A model generated the notes under the pieces. The model worked only from the letters and a program-made list of their open reading frames with translations, was not told the origin of the DNA and did not search any database. From NCBI GenBank assembly GCA_945860785.1, contig CAMATD010000001.1, forward strand, positions 6,518 through 70,517: DNA of 64,000 nt, read 5' to 3'. The stretch's first letter is position 1. Every line of letters begins with the position of its first letter. The stretch is from Variovorax sp. YR752. Lineage in GTDB: Bacteria > Pseudomonadota > Gammaproteobacteria > Burkholderiales > Burkholderiaceae_C. This document shows, piece by piece, positions 1 through 9,148 of this stretch. The translations under genes and the position numbers were made by a program.

Positions 1-196
1 GATGTTGCACGCGCGCACCGGAGGCGGTGTTGAAGGCGACGACACCGAGCCGGCCGCCCGATGCGCTTTCGAGCGCGGCGAGCTGCGCCGAAGCGTCTTG
101 CTGCTGTCCTTTGGCGGACCACGCGGTGCAGGCGCTCGCCAGCGGAATGACGGAGGCGGCGAGCAAGAGAGTGCGGCGATGGACGAGAGGATTCAT
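1..196 (-). CDS. Class A beta-lactamase, N-terminal part (runs off window start)
   Basis: Manual translation from ATG at 196: MNPLVHRRTLLLAASVIPLASAC...AQLAALESASGGRLGVVAFNTASG. This is a signal peptide plus the LAALE..SGGRLGV motif of class A enzymes. The catalytic SxxK lies outside the window. Confidence 0.75.
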   Translation of the reverse strand, partial: MNPLVHRRTLLLAASVIPLASACTAWSAKGQQQDASAQLAALESASGGRLGVVAFNTASGARVQH

Positions 197-314
197 TTGT
201 CTTTTTTGGCGAGTGGATGGAACGAAGGGCATCGTAGGAGCGCGGCCTTCGATGTTCCAGCGCGCCATGGCCGCCGGGCGTCCCGGGTGTATCGGCTGTA
301 ACCGCGAATTTTTA

Positions 315-372
315 TTCAACCAATGAGTTTAATGAATTGACGAAAGCATCTATATTCAACTTCATGGTTGAA
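315..372. promoter_or_regulatory. Two TTCAAC-N6-GTT(G/T)AA palindromes, putative ArsR autoregulatory operators
   Basis: ttcaac-caatga-gtttaa (315-332) and perfect ttcaac-ttcatg-gttgaa (355-372), 40 bp apart; the second overlaps the ArsR ATG. Confidence 0.6.
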
Positions 373-702
373 CTAGATGACGAACGGCTCGACGCCGTAT
401 TCCAGGCCCTGGCCGACAGCACCCGCCGCACCATGCTGCAACTGCTGGCCCACGGCGAATGCAGCGTGGGCGAACTCGGTGCGCCGTTTCACATGTCCTT
501 CGCAGGCGCCTCCAAGCACGTGAAGACGCTGGAGCGCGCGGGCCTGGTTTCGCGCACCGTGCAGGGCCGCGCGCATGTCTGCCGGCTCGAACCCGCGGCG
601 CTGGCCACGGCCAACGCATGGCTGCGCTACTACGAAGGCTTCTGGAACAACCGTCTCGACGCGCTGGAACAGGAACTGCGGCGCGACACATCCCGCGAAT
701 GA
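364..702 (+). CDS. ArsR/SmtB-family transcriptional regulator
   Basis: LDAVFQALADSTRR...SVGELGAPFHMSFAGASKHVKTLERAGLV winged HTH; ATG 364 preferred over TTG 337. Confidence 0.9.
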   Translation: MVELDDERLDAVFQALADSTRRTMLQLLAHGECSVGELGAPFHMSFAGASKHVKTLERAGLVSRTVQGRAHVCRLEPAALATANAWLRYYEGFWNNRLDALEQELRRDTSRE

Positions 703-722
703 ACTTCAAGGAGTACAGGCCA

Positions 723-1259
723 ATGACCATCAAGCACAGCCTCGGCACGTTGATAGCACCCGCCACCCTGCGCATGGAGCGCACCCTGCCCGCACCCGTC
801 GAGCGCGTGTGGGCCTACCTCGTCGACCCCGAAAAGCGCAGGACCTGGCTGGCCGGCGGCACCATGGCGCAAGAGGCGGGCGGCGTGTTCGAGTTGCGCT
901 TCCAGCACACCGAACTCTCCGGCGAAGAAACGCCCGAGCACTACGCCGCCTACCGCAAGACGCACATCCAGGAGTCGCGCGTGCTGCGCATCGAACCACC
1001 GAAGCTGCTGACCATCAGCTGGGGCAGCGACAGCGCAACGGCTTCGGAAGTCACCTTCGAACTCACGCCGCAGGGCGACGCCACGCAACTCGTGCTCACG
1101 CACCGGCGCCTGCCCGACCGCAAGGAAACGGTGAGCGTCTCCAGCGGCTGGCACGCCCATCTCGACGTGCTCGACGATGTGCTGCACGGCCGCCAGCCGC
1201 ACGGGTTCTGGACGAACCTCCAAGCGGTCGAGAAGGCCTACGAGGCGCACATCCGCTGA
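723..1259 (+). CDS. SRPBCC/AHSA1 (START-like) ligand-binding protein
   Basis: LRMERTLPAPVERVWAYLVDPEKRRTW...GWHAHLD; AAGGAG RBS at 708-713; the usual ArsR-SRPBCC pair. Confidence 0.88.
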   Translation: MTIKHSLGTLIAPATLRMERTLPAPVERVWAYLVDPEKRRTWLAGGTMAQEAGGVFELRFQHTELSGEETPEHYAAYRKTHIQESRVLRIEPPKLLTISWGSDSATASEVTFELTPQGDATQLVLTHRRLPDRKETVSVSSGWHAHLDVLDDVLHGRQPHGFWTNLQAVEKAYEAHIR

Positions 1260-1573
1260 GGTGGCTTGACGGCATCGCCAGCGGCATGCCCTTGTTTTTC
1301 TCCTGAGCGGGGCCCACCGGCCCCGCCTTCAAAAAAACCCAGCGCCTGCTGGTGCAACGCACGCGTTGCCTTCTCCCTGCTGCGCACAGCCGCAGCAACC
1401 CGCCGATTCGCCGCGTGACATAAGTGGCACTTCCGGAACCCGTGAAGCACGGAAATCGAGGCTCCGATGGCGCTGTCAAAGCACTGTCATTTGAGTACCT
1501 CAGTATCCGAGGCATTTATTGTATTTATGGCATTTTTTGCAAATTACTATAATCTGCACAAATGCAGGAAGAT

Positions 1574-1590
1574 GCATTTTTTTGAAATGC
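1574..1590. promoter_or_regulatory. GCATTT-N5-AAATGC palindrome in AT-rich promoter of the phosphatase-plc operon (possible DeoR operator)
   Basis: Inverted repeat within an AT-rich tract (about 1510-1590); assignment to DeoR is inference. Confidence 0.35.
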
Positions 1591-1672
1591 CATCGACAGC
1601 CACGCGTCCATCCGCAGCGGGACAGGTCCTGGCGACCTGCCCCGCATCTTCATGTTGTTGTCGGAGCCCCTG

Positions 1673-3643
1673 ATGAAAACACTCCAAGGCCACCTCGCGC
1701 GCGCCGCATTGAGCATGAGCGCGCTGCTTCTGCTGGCATCCTGTGGCGGCGGCAGCGGAGGAGGCGCAACGCCCTTCTTCCCCCTGTCACCCTCACCCAC
1801 GCCCGCCACACCGGGCAATCCAGCGCCGGCGCCGGTTCCCGCCAAGCAAGGCAAGGCACTCGTCATCAGGATCGACGGCGTGCAGTACGACGCATTGCAA
1901 CAGGCACTCGGCGCCTCCCGCGTCCCGGCCCTGCAAGGACTCGGCACGGTGCTCCCCGCCTACACCGGCGGCATCAAGGGCAAGCCCACCCAGCAACAAG
2001 CGACCGACGGCCCCGCATGGGCCACGCTGCTCACGGGCGCATGGGCCGACCGCCATGAAATCCGCTCCAACTACGAAGGCCAGGGCTTCAAGGCCGACAC
2101 TGTCTTCAAGCTGCTGAAGCAGAGCCACGCCACGGCGCGCACCGCAGCCATCGCCAGCTGGAGCGGCCTGCCGCAACTGCTGCGTACCGACAAGGCCGCC
2201 GGCTACCTGGACCTCGTGAAGGACTGCGACGGCAGCGACAGCTGCGTGTCGTCCGAAGCGTCCGCAGCCATCGAGGGCGGCGGCTATGACCTGATCGTGG
2301 CCGACTACCAGGGCCCGACGCAGGTGGCGGACGTGGCGGGCTACGGCGTCGACTACCAGAACGCGCTGGCCGAAGTCGACCGGCAGATCGCCACGCTCAA
2401 GGCCTCGCTGGCCAGGCGCCGCACGGCCCAGCCCAACGAGGACTGGCTGGTGATCGTCACCACCACGCACGGCCTGGGCGCCACCGGGGTAGCCGACGGC
2501 ATCCCGGTGCCTTCGAACCTCGCAACGATCGTCGCGATCGACAAGCCCGCCAACCTGGCACTGGCCGCACCCGCGACCCTGCCTGTGGCCATCGAGCCCT
2601 GGTACGCCTACGCCGCCGCGACGGACATCGTGCCCACGGTGCTGACGCATCTCTCGGCCCGTCCAGCGGCCGACAAGTACGTCATCGACGGCAGCCCGCT
2701 GATCGGTGCGCCTGGCGTGCGCCAGCTGTCCGCCGCCATGAACAAGCAGCGCAGTGGCGTCCGCCTGACCTGGACCCTGCCGGCCACGCCCGCCGCCATC
2801 ACGGTGCTGCGCGACGGCGCGGCGGTGGCGACGCTGCCCGGCAACGCCCTCGAGTTCGAGGACACCACGATGGCGCCCGGAGCCAGCGGCTTCTTCACCT
2901 ACAACTACACCGTGGTCGCCGACCAGACGCCGGTCTCGTTGCGCGCCACGCTCGACTACGTGAAGCCGGTGTCGCTGCTCGCCAGCGTGGCCAACGGCCT
3001 CACGCACATGTTCACGCTGAAGACCACGCTGGCCGACCGCATCGACAGCGCGCAGGCCTTCATGCCGTGGGTGAACGGTGCCGCGCCGGTCTATGCCGCC
3101 TCGGGCGACGGTCCGTTCGGCGGCGCCGACACCGCGCTGCAATCGACCAACTATGCGGGCCCGACCGTCTGCACGGCCTGCGACGGCGGCTACCGCATTC
3201 CCACGGCCAGCGTCACCAGCACCACCGCGCCTTTCAGCTTCGGCTTCTGGTTCCGCTCGGACGCCACCCGCTCGGGCATGCCGGTCGTGTCGAACAAGAA
3301 CTGAGGCAGCGCCAACACCTGGGCGTATGTCGCCATGGCCGTCGACGTGCCCGGCCTGAAGGTGACGTACCACGTGTACGACCCCGTCTACGGCATGCAG
3401 AGCAGTTCGGCGGCGCTGACCAGCGCATTCGTCACGGCGCTCAACGGCCTGAACAACGGTTTCACGCTGAACGAGGACGGCGACGGCGGCTACGGCCCCA
3501 ACTACCGCAACGGCAACGCGAGCAACACCATCGGCGGGCGCTTCGACTTCGGCGAGTTCGGCACCTAGAGCCGCGCACTGACCGCGGCGGAGGTCGAGTC
3601 GATCGGCCGTTCCGGCACCTCGCTGACCACGCTGCTTCCCTGA
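1673..3643 (+). pseudogene. Lipoprotein: alkaline-phosphatase/phosphodiesterase-superfamily domain plus LamG-like C-terminus, two in-frame stops
   Basis: Lipobox LLASC; IDGVQYD, GPAWATLLTG and DWLVIVTTTHG motifs. TGA 3302-3304 (SNKN*GS) and TAG 3566-3568 (GT*SRALT) both fall where LamG domains have Trp; the frame continues to TGA 3641-3643. Confidence 0.8.
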
Positions 3644-3655
3644 CCGGAGATTGCC

Positions 3656-3946
3656 ATGCACAAGCCCCAACTGCATACGACGCGTCCGGCCATAGGCCGT
3701 CGCCTCCTGTCCACGCTGGCCGCGCTCGCTGTCGCCGCCACGCTGGCCGCCTGCGGCGGCGGCAGCGGAGGCGGTGGCGTCAACGCGCTCGGCACCCCGG
3801 CCAGCAACGGACAACCCGGCGCGGTGGTCACCCCCAACGACCCCGCCACCGCCGGACCGCCCCCCGACGCCCTGACGCCGCCGGGCGCCACGCCCGATCC
3901 GAAACCACCCGCGCGTCGTCCCGAGACGGTGCGTTGCGCACCCTGA
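3656..3946 (+). CDS. Small Pro/Gly-rich lipoprotein ending in RCAP, upstream of phospholipase C
   Basis: GGAG RBS, lipobox LAAC, low-complexity linker, C-terminal VRCAP. Confidence 0.7.
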   Translation: MHKPQLHTTRPAIGRRLLSTLAALAVAATLAACGGGSGGGGVNALGTPASNGQPGAVVTPNDPATAGPPPDALTPPGATPDPKPPARRPETVRCAP

Positions 3947-3956
3947 GGCCGCCACC

Positions 3957-6077
3957 ATGACGGACAAGCACACTTCCAGCTCCCGGCGCGGCTTCCTGCG
4001 CGGCGCAGCGACCACCGCCGGCGCTGCTGCCGCACTCGGCCTATTGCCGCCCGGCATCCGCCGCGCGCTGGCCATTCCGGCCGCAGAGGACACCGGCACC
4101 ATCAGCGACGTCAAGCACGTCGTGATCCTCATGCAGGAGAACCGGTCCTTCGAGCACTACTTCGGCACGCTGCGCGGCGTGCGCGGTTTCGGCGACCGCT
4201 TTCCGGTGCCGCTGGCCAATGGCAAGCCGGTCTGGAACCAGCCGCCGACTTCGGGCACCGGGACCTGCCTGCCCTTTCATTTCGACACGACCACCACGGG
4301 TGCTCAGCGCAAGGTCCACCTGAATCACTCCTGGTCGGATAGCCAGCAGGCTTGGAACGGCGGACGCATGAACCAGTGGATCGCGGCCAAGTCGGCACTC
4401 GCGCTGGGCTACTACCAGCAGAGCGACATCCCCTACCAGTTCGCGCTGGCGGACGCCTTCACGGTGTGCGATGCCTACCACTGCAGCGAACTCACCGGCA
4501 CCAACTCGAATCGGCTGTTCCTCTGGACCGGCAGCAACGACCCGCTGGGCCAGGGTGGCGGTCCGGCCATCGACAACACCAACGACGACCTGGCCAACGC
4601 GCCTGGCTACAGCTGGACGACCTACCCCGAACGACTGGAAGCGGCCGGCGTCAGCTGGCAGATCTACCAGGACATGGCGGACAACTTCACGGACAACCCG
4701 CTCGAAGGCTTCACCAACTTCCGCAACGCCTACTACGCGGCGGCCCCGACCGAGGCGCAGCGCTCGCTCAAGGCGCGCGGACTGTCGACGCGCTCGCTGG
4801 CCGACCTGACCGACGACGTGAAGAACGGCCGCCTGCCGCAGGTGAGCTGGATCGTGGCGCCGGCCAAGTATTCGGAGCATCCCGACCCGTCGTCGCCGCT
4901 GTGGGGCGCCGAGTACACCGAACGCGTGCTGGATGCGCTCATCTCCGACCCCGCGGTGTGGAGCAAGACAGTGCTCTTCGTCACGTTCGACGAGAACGAC
5001 GGCTACTTCGACCACATGCCGCCGCTCTCCATTCCGTCGCGCAACGCCGACGGCACCGATGCGGGCATGAGCACCGTGTCGACGCTCGGCGAACGCAACG
5101 AGCTGAAGGCGCCGTACATCGGCTCGCCTTTCGGCATGGGCTGGCGCGTCCCGATGTACGTGGTGTCACCGTGGAGCAAGGGCGGCTGGGTCAACTCGCA
5201 GGTGGCCGAGCACACCTCGGTCGTGCGCTTTCTCGAAGCGCGCTGCGGCGTGATCGAGCCCAACATCAGCGACTGGCGGCGCGCGGTGAGCGGCGACCTC
5301 ATGTCCTGCTTCAACTTCGCGACGCCCAATGCCGAGTTGCCGGCGCTGCCGACCATCGACAGCGACGCCGCCAATGCCGCCATCGCGAAGCAATCGCTGC
5401 TGCCGACACCGGTCGCACCGGCGCCCGGCACCGGCACCGGCACGATGCCGTTGCAGGCCACCGGCGTGCGCTACTCGCGCGCACTGCCCTACGAGCTGCA
5501 CACCAGCGGCCGCCCCGACATCGAACGGCAGAAGTTCTGGCTCGTGTTCGGCAACACCGGCAAGGCGGGCGCGGTGTTCCACGTCTACAACCACCTGTCG
5601 CTCGGCGACGTGCCGCGGCGCTACACCGTGGAGCCCGGCAAGCTGCTCAACGACAGCTGGACGCCCGCGGCGGACGGCGGCTACGACCTGTCGGTGTTCG
5701 GGCCCAACGGCTATTTCCGGCGCTTTCGCGGCAAGCTGCCGGCCTCCCTGGCCGGGAGTGTCGCGCTGCCCGAGATCCGGGTCTGCTACGACACCGCCAA
5801 CGGCGACGTGCATCTGGAAATGCACAACATCGGCAACATCAGCTGCAACGTCACCGTCACGCCGACCGCGTACCGCACCGACGGCCCCTGGAACTTCGCA
5901 CTCGCGCCCGGCCAGGTGCTGATGCAGCAGTGGGACCTGGCCTTCAGCAAGCACTGGTACGACTTCAGCGTGACGGCCAATGTGGACGACGGCACGATCT
6001 ATCTGCGTCGCTTCGCGGGCCGCGTGGAAAACGGCGCCGACGGCATCAGCGATCCGGCCATGGGCCTCATCACCTGA
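3957..6077 (+). CDS. plcN: Phosphocholine-specific phospholipase C (phosphoesterase family), Tat-exported
   Basis: SRRGFL Tat motif; HVVILMQENRSFEHYFG, LPQVSWIVAP, TFDENDGYFDH; C-terminal DUF756-like repeats. Confidence 0.92.
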   Translation: MTDKHTSSSRRGFLRGAATTAGAAAALGLLPPGIRRALAIPAAEDTGTISDVKHVVILMQENRSFEHYFGTLRGVRGFGDRFPVPLANGKPVWNQPPTSGTGTCLPFHFDTTTTGAQRKVHLNHSWSDSQQAWNGGRMNQWIAAKSALALGYYQQSDIPYQFALADAFTVCDAYHCSELTGTNSNRLFLWTGSNDPLGQGGGPAIDNTNDDLANAPGYSWTTYPERLEAAGVSWQIYQDMADNFTDNPLEGFTNFRNAYYAAAPTEAQRSLKARGLSTRSLADLTDDVKNGRLPQVSWIVAPAKYSEHPDPSSPLWGAEYTERVLDALISDPAVWSKTVLFVTFDENDGYFDHMPPLSIPSRNADGTDAGMSTVSTLGERNELKAPYIGSPFGMGWRVPMYVVSPWSKGGWVNSQVAEHTSVVRFLEARCGVIEPNISDWRRAVSGDLMSCFNFATPNAELPALPTIDSDAANAAIAKQSLLPTPVAPAPGTGTGTMPLQATGVRYSRALPYELHTSGRPDIERQKFWLVFGNTGKAGAVFHVYNHLSLGDVPRRYTVEPGKLLNDSWTPAADGGYDLSVFGPNGYFRRFRGKLPASLAGSVALPEIRVCYDTANGDVHLEMHNIGNISCNVTVTPTAYRTDGPWNFALAPGQVLMQQWDLAFSKHWYDFSVTANVDDGTIYLRRFAGRVENGADGISDPAMGLIT

Positions 6078-6182
6078 GGCCGTCACCCAGGCATCGCCAT
6101 CCGCTGCATGATGGCGATGCTCAGCACAATGGCGCTGGTCTTCGCACCGACGCCTCTTTCAGTTTCACGCTCCGGCATCTCC

Positions 6183-6966
6183 ATGCTTCAAGAAGAACGA
6201 TTCCTGCGCATCCGCAGCCTGCTGGCCACTTTCTCGCGGATCAGCGTCGACACGTGTCGTGCAGGACCTTGCGGTGTCGCGCGAAACCGTGCGCCGCGAC
6301 CTGGTCGAACTCGAAGGCCAAGGCGAACTCCGCCGCGTCCACGGCGGCGCCATCGCCATCGCCATCAGCGCCGAGCCCGAGCCGCCGCTGGCGGTGCGGC
6401 TGGTCGCGCGCCAGCGAGAAAAACGCGCCATCGCCAAGGCGGCGGTCGCGCTGCTGCAGCCAGGGCAGACGGTGTTCCTGGACGCGGGCAGCACCACGGC
6501 CATCCTCGCGGAAGAGATCGCCACCCTGAACGGCATGACGGTCATCACCAACTCGCTGAGCATTGCGCTCAAGCTGGCCGGTGCCGGCGAAGGGCGTCTC
6601 ACCGGCAACGAAACCATCCTGCTGGGCGGCCACATCGACGTGAAGACGCAGGCCACCTGCGGCGACACCACGGTCGAGAAAATCCGCCGCTACCGCGCCG
6701 ACGTCGCGCTGCTGTCGCCGGTCGGCCTGCATGCCAGGCACGGTGCGATGAGCTTCGAGCACCACGAAGCTGCCGTGGCGCGCGCCATGGCCGAACAGGC
6801 GCAGCAGGTGGTCATCCTGGCCGACCACGCCAAGATCGGCCAGGCCAGCCGGGTCACCTACATCCGCACCGCGGACATCGACGTGGTCGTCACCGACGCC
6901 AAGGCCCGCGAACTGCCGGGCCTGTCCGCACTGCGCAAGGCCTGCGAACGGCTGGTCATCGCCTGA
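6183..6966 (+). pseudogene. DeoR/GlpR-family regulator, +1 frameshift near 6252
   Basis: MLQEERFLRI... in one frame; VSRETVRRDL...RVHGGA...FLDAGSTT in the next. Confidence 0.85.
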
Positions 6967-6991
6967 GGTTGCGGCGGGCTCCACCTGCGGC

Positions 6992-7744
6992 ATGATCTCG
7001 GGCATGGACCACAACCGCCCGTACCCGCTCGTCATCGTCAAGCTCGGAGACACCCACGAGGCGCTGCGCGCGCGCCGCGGCGACTTCGAGAACTGGATCG
7101 CCGCCGGCCTCGACACGCAGACCCTGCCGATCCTCGTGGTCGACCCGCGCCGCGGCGACGCGCTGCCCGCGCCGGGCACCATGTCGGGCGTCGTCGTGAC
7201 CGGCTCGCACGCGATGGTGTCGCACCGCGAACCCTGGAGCGAACGCACCGCCGAATGGCTGGCGCAACTCGTCGCAGAAGACACGCCGGTGCTCGGCATC
7301 TGCTACGGCCATCAGCTGCTCGCGCACGCGCTCGGCGGCGAGGCCGGCGACCATCCGCAGGGCCTGGAGATCGGCACGGTGACCGTCACGCTCGACGAAG
7401 CCGCCGCCACCGACCCGCTGTTGCGCGGCCTGCCGACAGAATTCCAGGCCCACGTGGTGCACCTCCAGAGCGCGCTGCGCCTGCCCGAAGGCGCGGTGCG
7501 GCTGGCCGGCAACGCCCACGAGCCGGTCCAGGCCTTTCGCGTCGGCGAACACGCCTGGGGCGTGCAGTTCCACCCCGAGTTCGATGCCGAGACGATGCGC
7601 GCCTACATCGACCTGCTGGCCGACGAACTGAAGTCCAATGGCGCCGACCCGGCCGCGCTGCGCGAGGGCGTCAGCGCCACCGAGACGGCCGCCGCGCTGC
7701 TGGGCCGTTTCGCCCGGATCGCCGAAGCGCACCACGGCGTCTGA
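6992..7744 (+). CDS. Class I glutamine amidotransferase
   Basis: VLGICYGHQL nucleophile and GVQFHPE motifs; start may be 7004. Confidence 0.9.
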   Translation: MISGMDHNRPYPLVIVKLGDTHEALRARRGDFENWIAAGLDTQTLPILVVDPRRGDALPAPGTMSGVVVTGSHAMVSHREPWSERTAEWLAQLVAEDTPVLGICYGHQLLAHALGGEAGDHPQGLEIGTVTVTLDEAAATDPLLRGLPTEFQAHVVHLQSALRLPEGAVRLAGNAHEPVQAFRVGEHAWGVQFHPEFDAETMRAYIDLLADELKSNGADPAALREGVSATETAAALLGRFARIAEAHHGV

Positions 7745-7805
7745 CCCGCGCGGAATGGCACCGCGACTACAAAAACCGCCCGGCGCCTGGGTTAAGGTGC
7801 GGGGC

Positions 7806-8444
7806 ATGAACTCTCCCGATTCCGCACCGGTCCGCAAGCACTTTTCGATGATCCGCGGCTTTCACCTGGTCGACGCGTTCACGCTCGGCAACGCGGCCTG
7901 CGGCGTGGGTGCGGTGTTTCTTGCCATGGCCTTCATGGCCAGCCACTCGCTCGCGCAATTCCTCTGGGCGGCGGCGCTCGCACCGGCGGCCTTCATCTTC
8001 GACGCGTTCGACGGCCGCATCGCACGCTGGCGCCAGACGCATTCCGCGCTCGGGCGCGAGCTCGACTCCCTGGCCGACGTGATCTCGTTCGGCGTGGCGC
8101 CCGCCGCACTGGCCTTTGCGGCCGGCCTCGACGGCGGCTGGGACTGCCTGCTCCTGATCTATTTCGTGTGCTGCGGCGTGAGCCGGCTCGCGCGCTACAA
8201 CGTGACGGCCGAGGCGCTTTCCGCAGGCGCGGACAAGGTCAAGTATTTCGAGGGCACGCCCATCCCGACCAGCGTGGTGCTGGTGGGCGTGCTGGCGTAT
8301 GCGGCATGGCAGGGCCGCATCGGCGATGCCGTCTGGGGTGGCGCATGGACCATCGGCCCGTGACTGCTGCATCCGCTCGTGCTGCTGTTTGCGCTCTCGG
8401 GCACGCTGATGATCAGCAAGACCCTGCGCATTCCGAAGTTCTGA
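7806..8444 (+). pseudogene. pssA: CDP-diacylglycerol--serine O-phosphatidyltransferase (CDP-alcohol phosphotransferase), premature TGA at 8361
   Basis: DAFDGRIAR...GRELDSLADVISFGVAPA motif; after the TGA the frame continues LLHPLVLLFALSGTLMISKTLRIPKF*. Confidence 0.8.
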
Positions 8445-8469
8445 TTCCGCCCAAGAAGGAGACACGGTC

Positions 8470-9051
8470 ATGACCATGAAGCTGTATTTCGATCCGCACA
8501 GCCGCTCGCAAGTCGCCAAATGGATGCTCGACGAAGCGGGCGTCGAGTACGAAATCGTGCCTACGCTCATCAAGAACAAGGCGCACAAGAGCCCCGAGTT
8601 CCTGAAGATCAACCCGGCCGGCAAGCTGCCCGCGCTGGTCGACGGCCGCACGCGCATCTTCGAGAACGCGGCCATCTGCATGTACATCGCCGAGAAGTTT
8701 CCCGAAAAGCGGCTCGCGCCCTCCATCGGCTCGCCCGACCGCGGCCGCTACCTGTCGCTGATGGTCTATTCGACCTCGCAGCTCGAGCCCTCGATGGGCG
8801 ACAGCCTGCTGAAGATCCGCAGCAACAACAGCGCGCGCGGCTGGACCAACTTCGAACAGGCCAAGGATGCGGTCGAACGCGAACTCGGCTACGGCCCCTA
8901 CCTGTTCGGCGCGCAGTTCACCGCGGCCGACGTGATGATCGGTTCGATGCTCATCTGGCACCGCGCCTTCAGCGGCAAGCTGAACCGCCCGAAGCTCGAT
9001 GCCTACATCGACCGCCTGCAGGCACGCCCCAAGGGCATGAAGTTCGGCTGA
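8470..9051 (+). CDS. Glutathione S-transferase family protein
   Basis: FLKINPAGKLPAL.DG...FENAAI and GPYLFGAQFTAADV. Confidence 0.92.
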   Translation: MTMKLYFDPHSRSQVAKWMLDEAGVEYEIVPTLIKNKAHKSPEFLKINPAGKLPALVDGRTRIFENAAICMYIAEKFPEKRLAPSIGSPDRGRYLSLMVYSTSQLEPSMGDSLLKIRSNNSARGWTNFEQAKDAVERELGYGPYLFGAQFTAADVMIGSMLIWHRAFSGKLNRPKLDAYIDRLQARPKGMKFG

Positions 9052-9148
9052 AGCCGGCGCGGCGTGCCGCGCTGGCGACAGTGCGCGGCGGAGGCTCGTC
9101 CTCTAATCGGTCCTTCTTTTTTTGGCCTTTTTCTCACACGTCCGCACC

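Noticed and set aside
1300-1480. Possible sRNA in the SRPBCC-phosphatase intergenic region
   Set aside because: Only a short GC hairpin next to an A-run; there is no further support from the sequence alone.
1793-4132. Long antisense or alternate-frame ORFs (also 9103-11580, 43870-46767, 62164-63651 and many more)
   Set aside because: Shadow ORFs expected from high GC3 codon bias; Arg/Ala/Gly-rich with no motifs.
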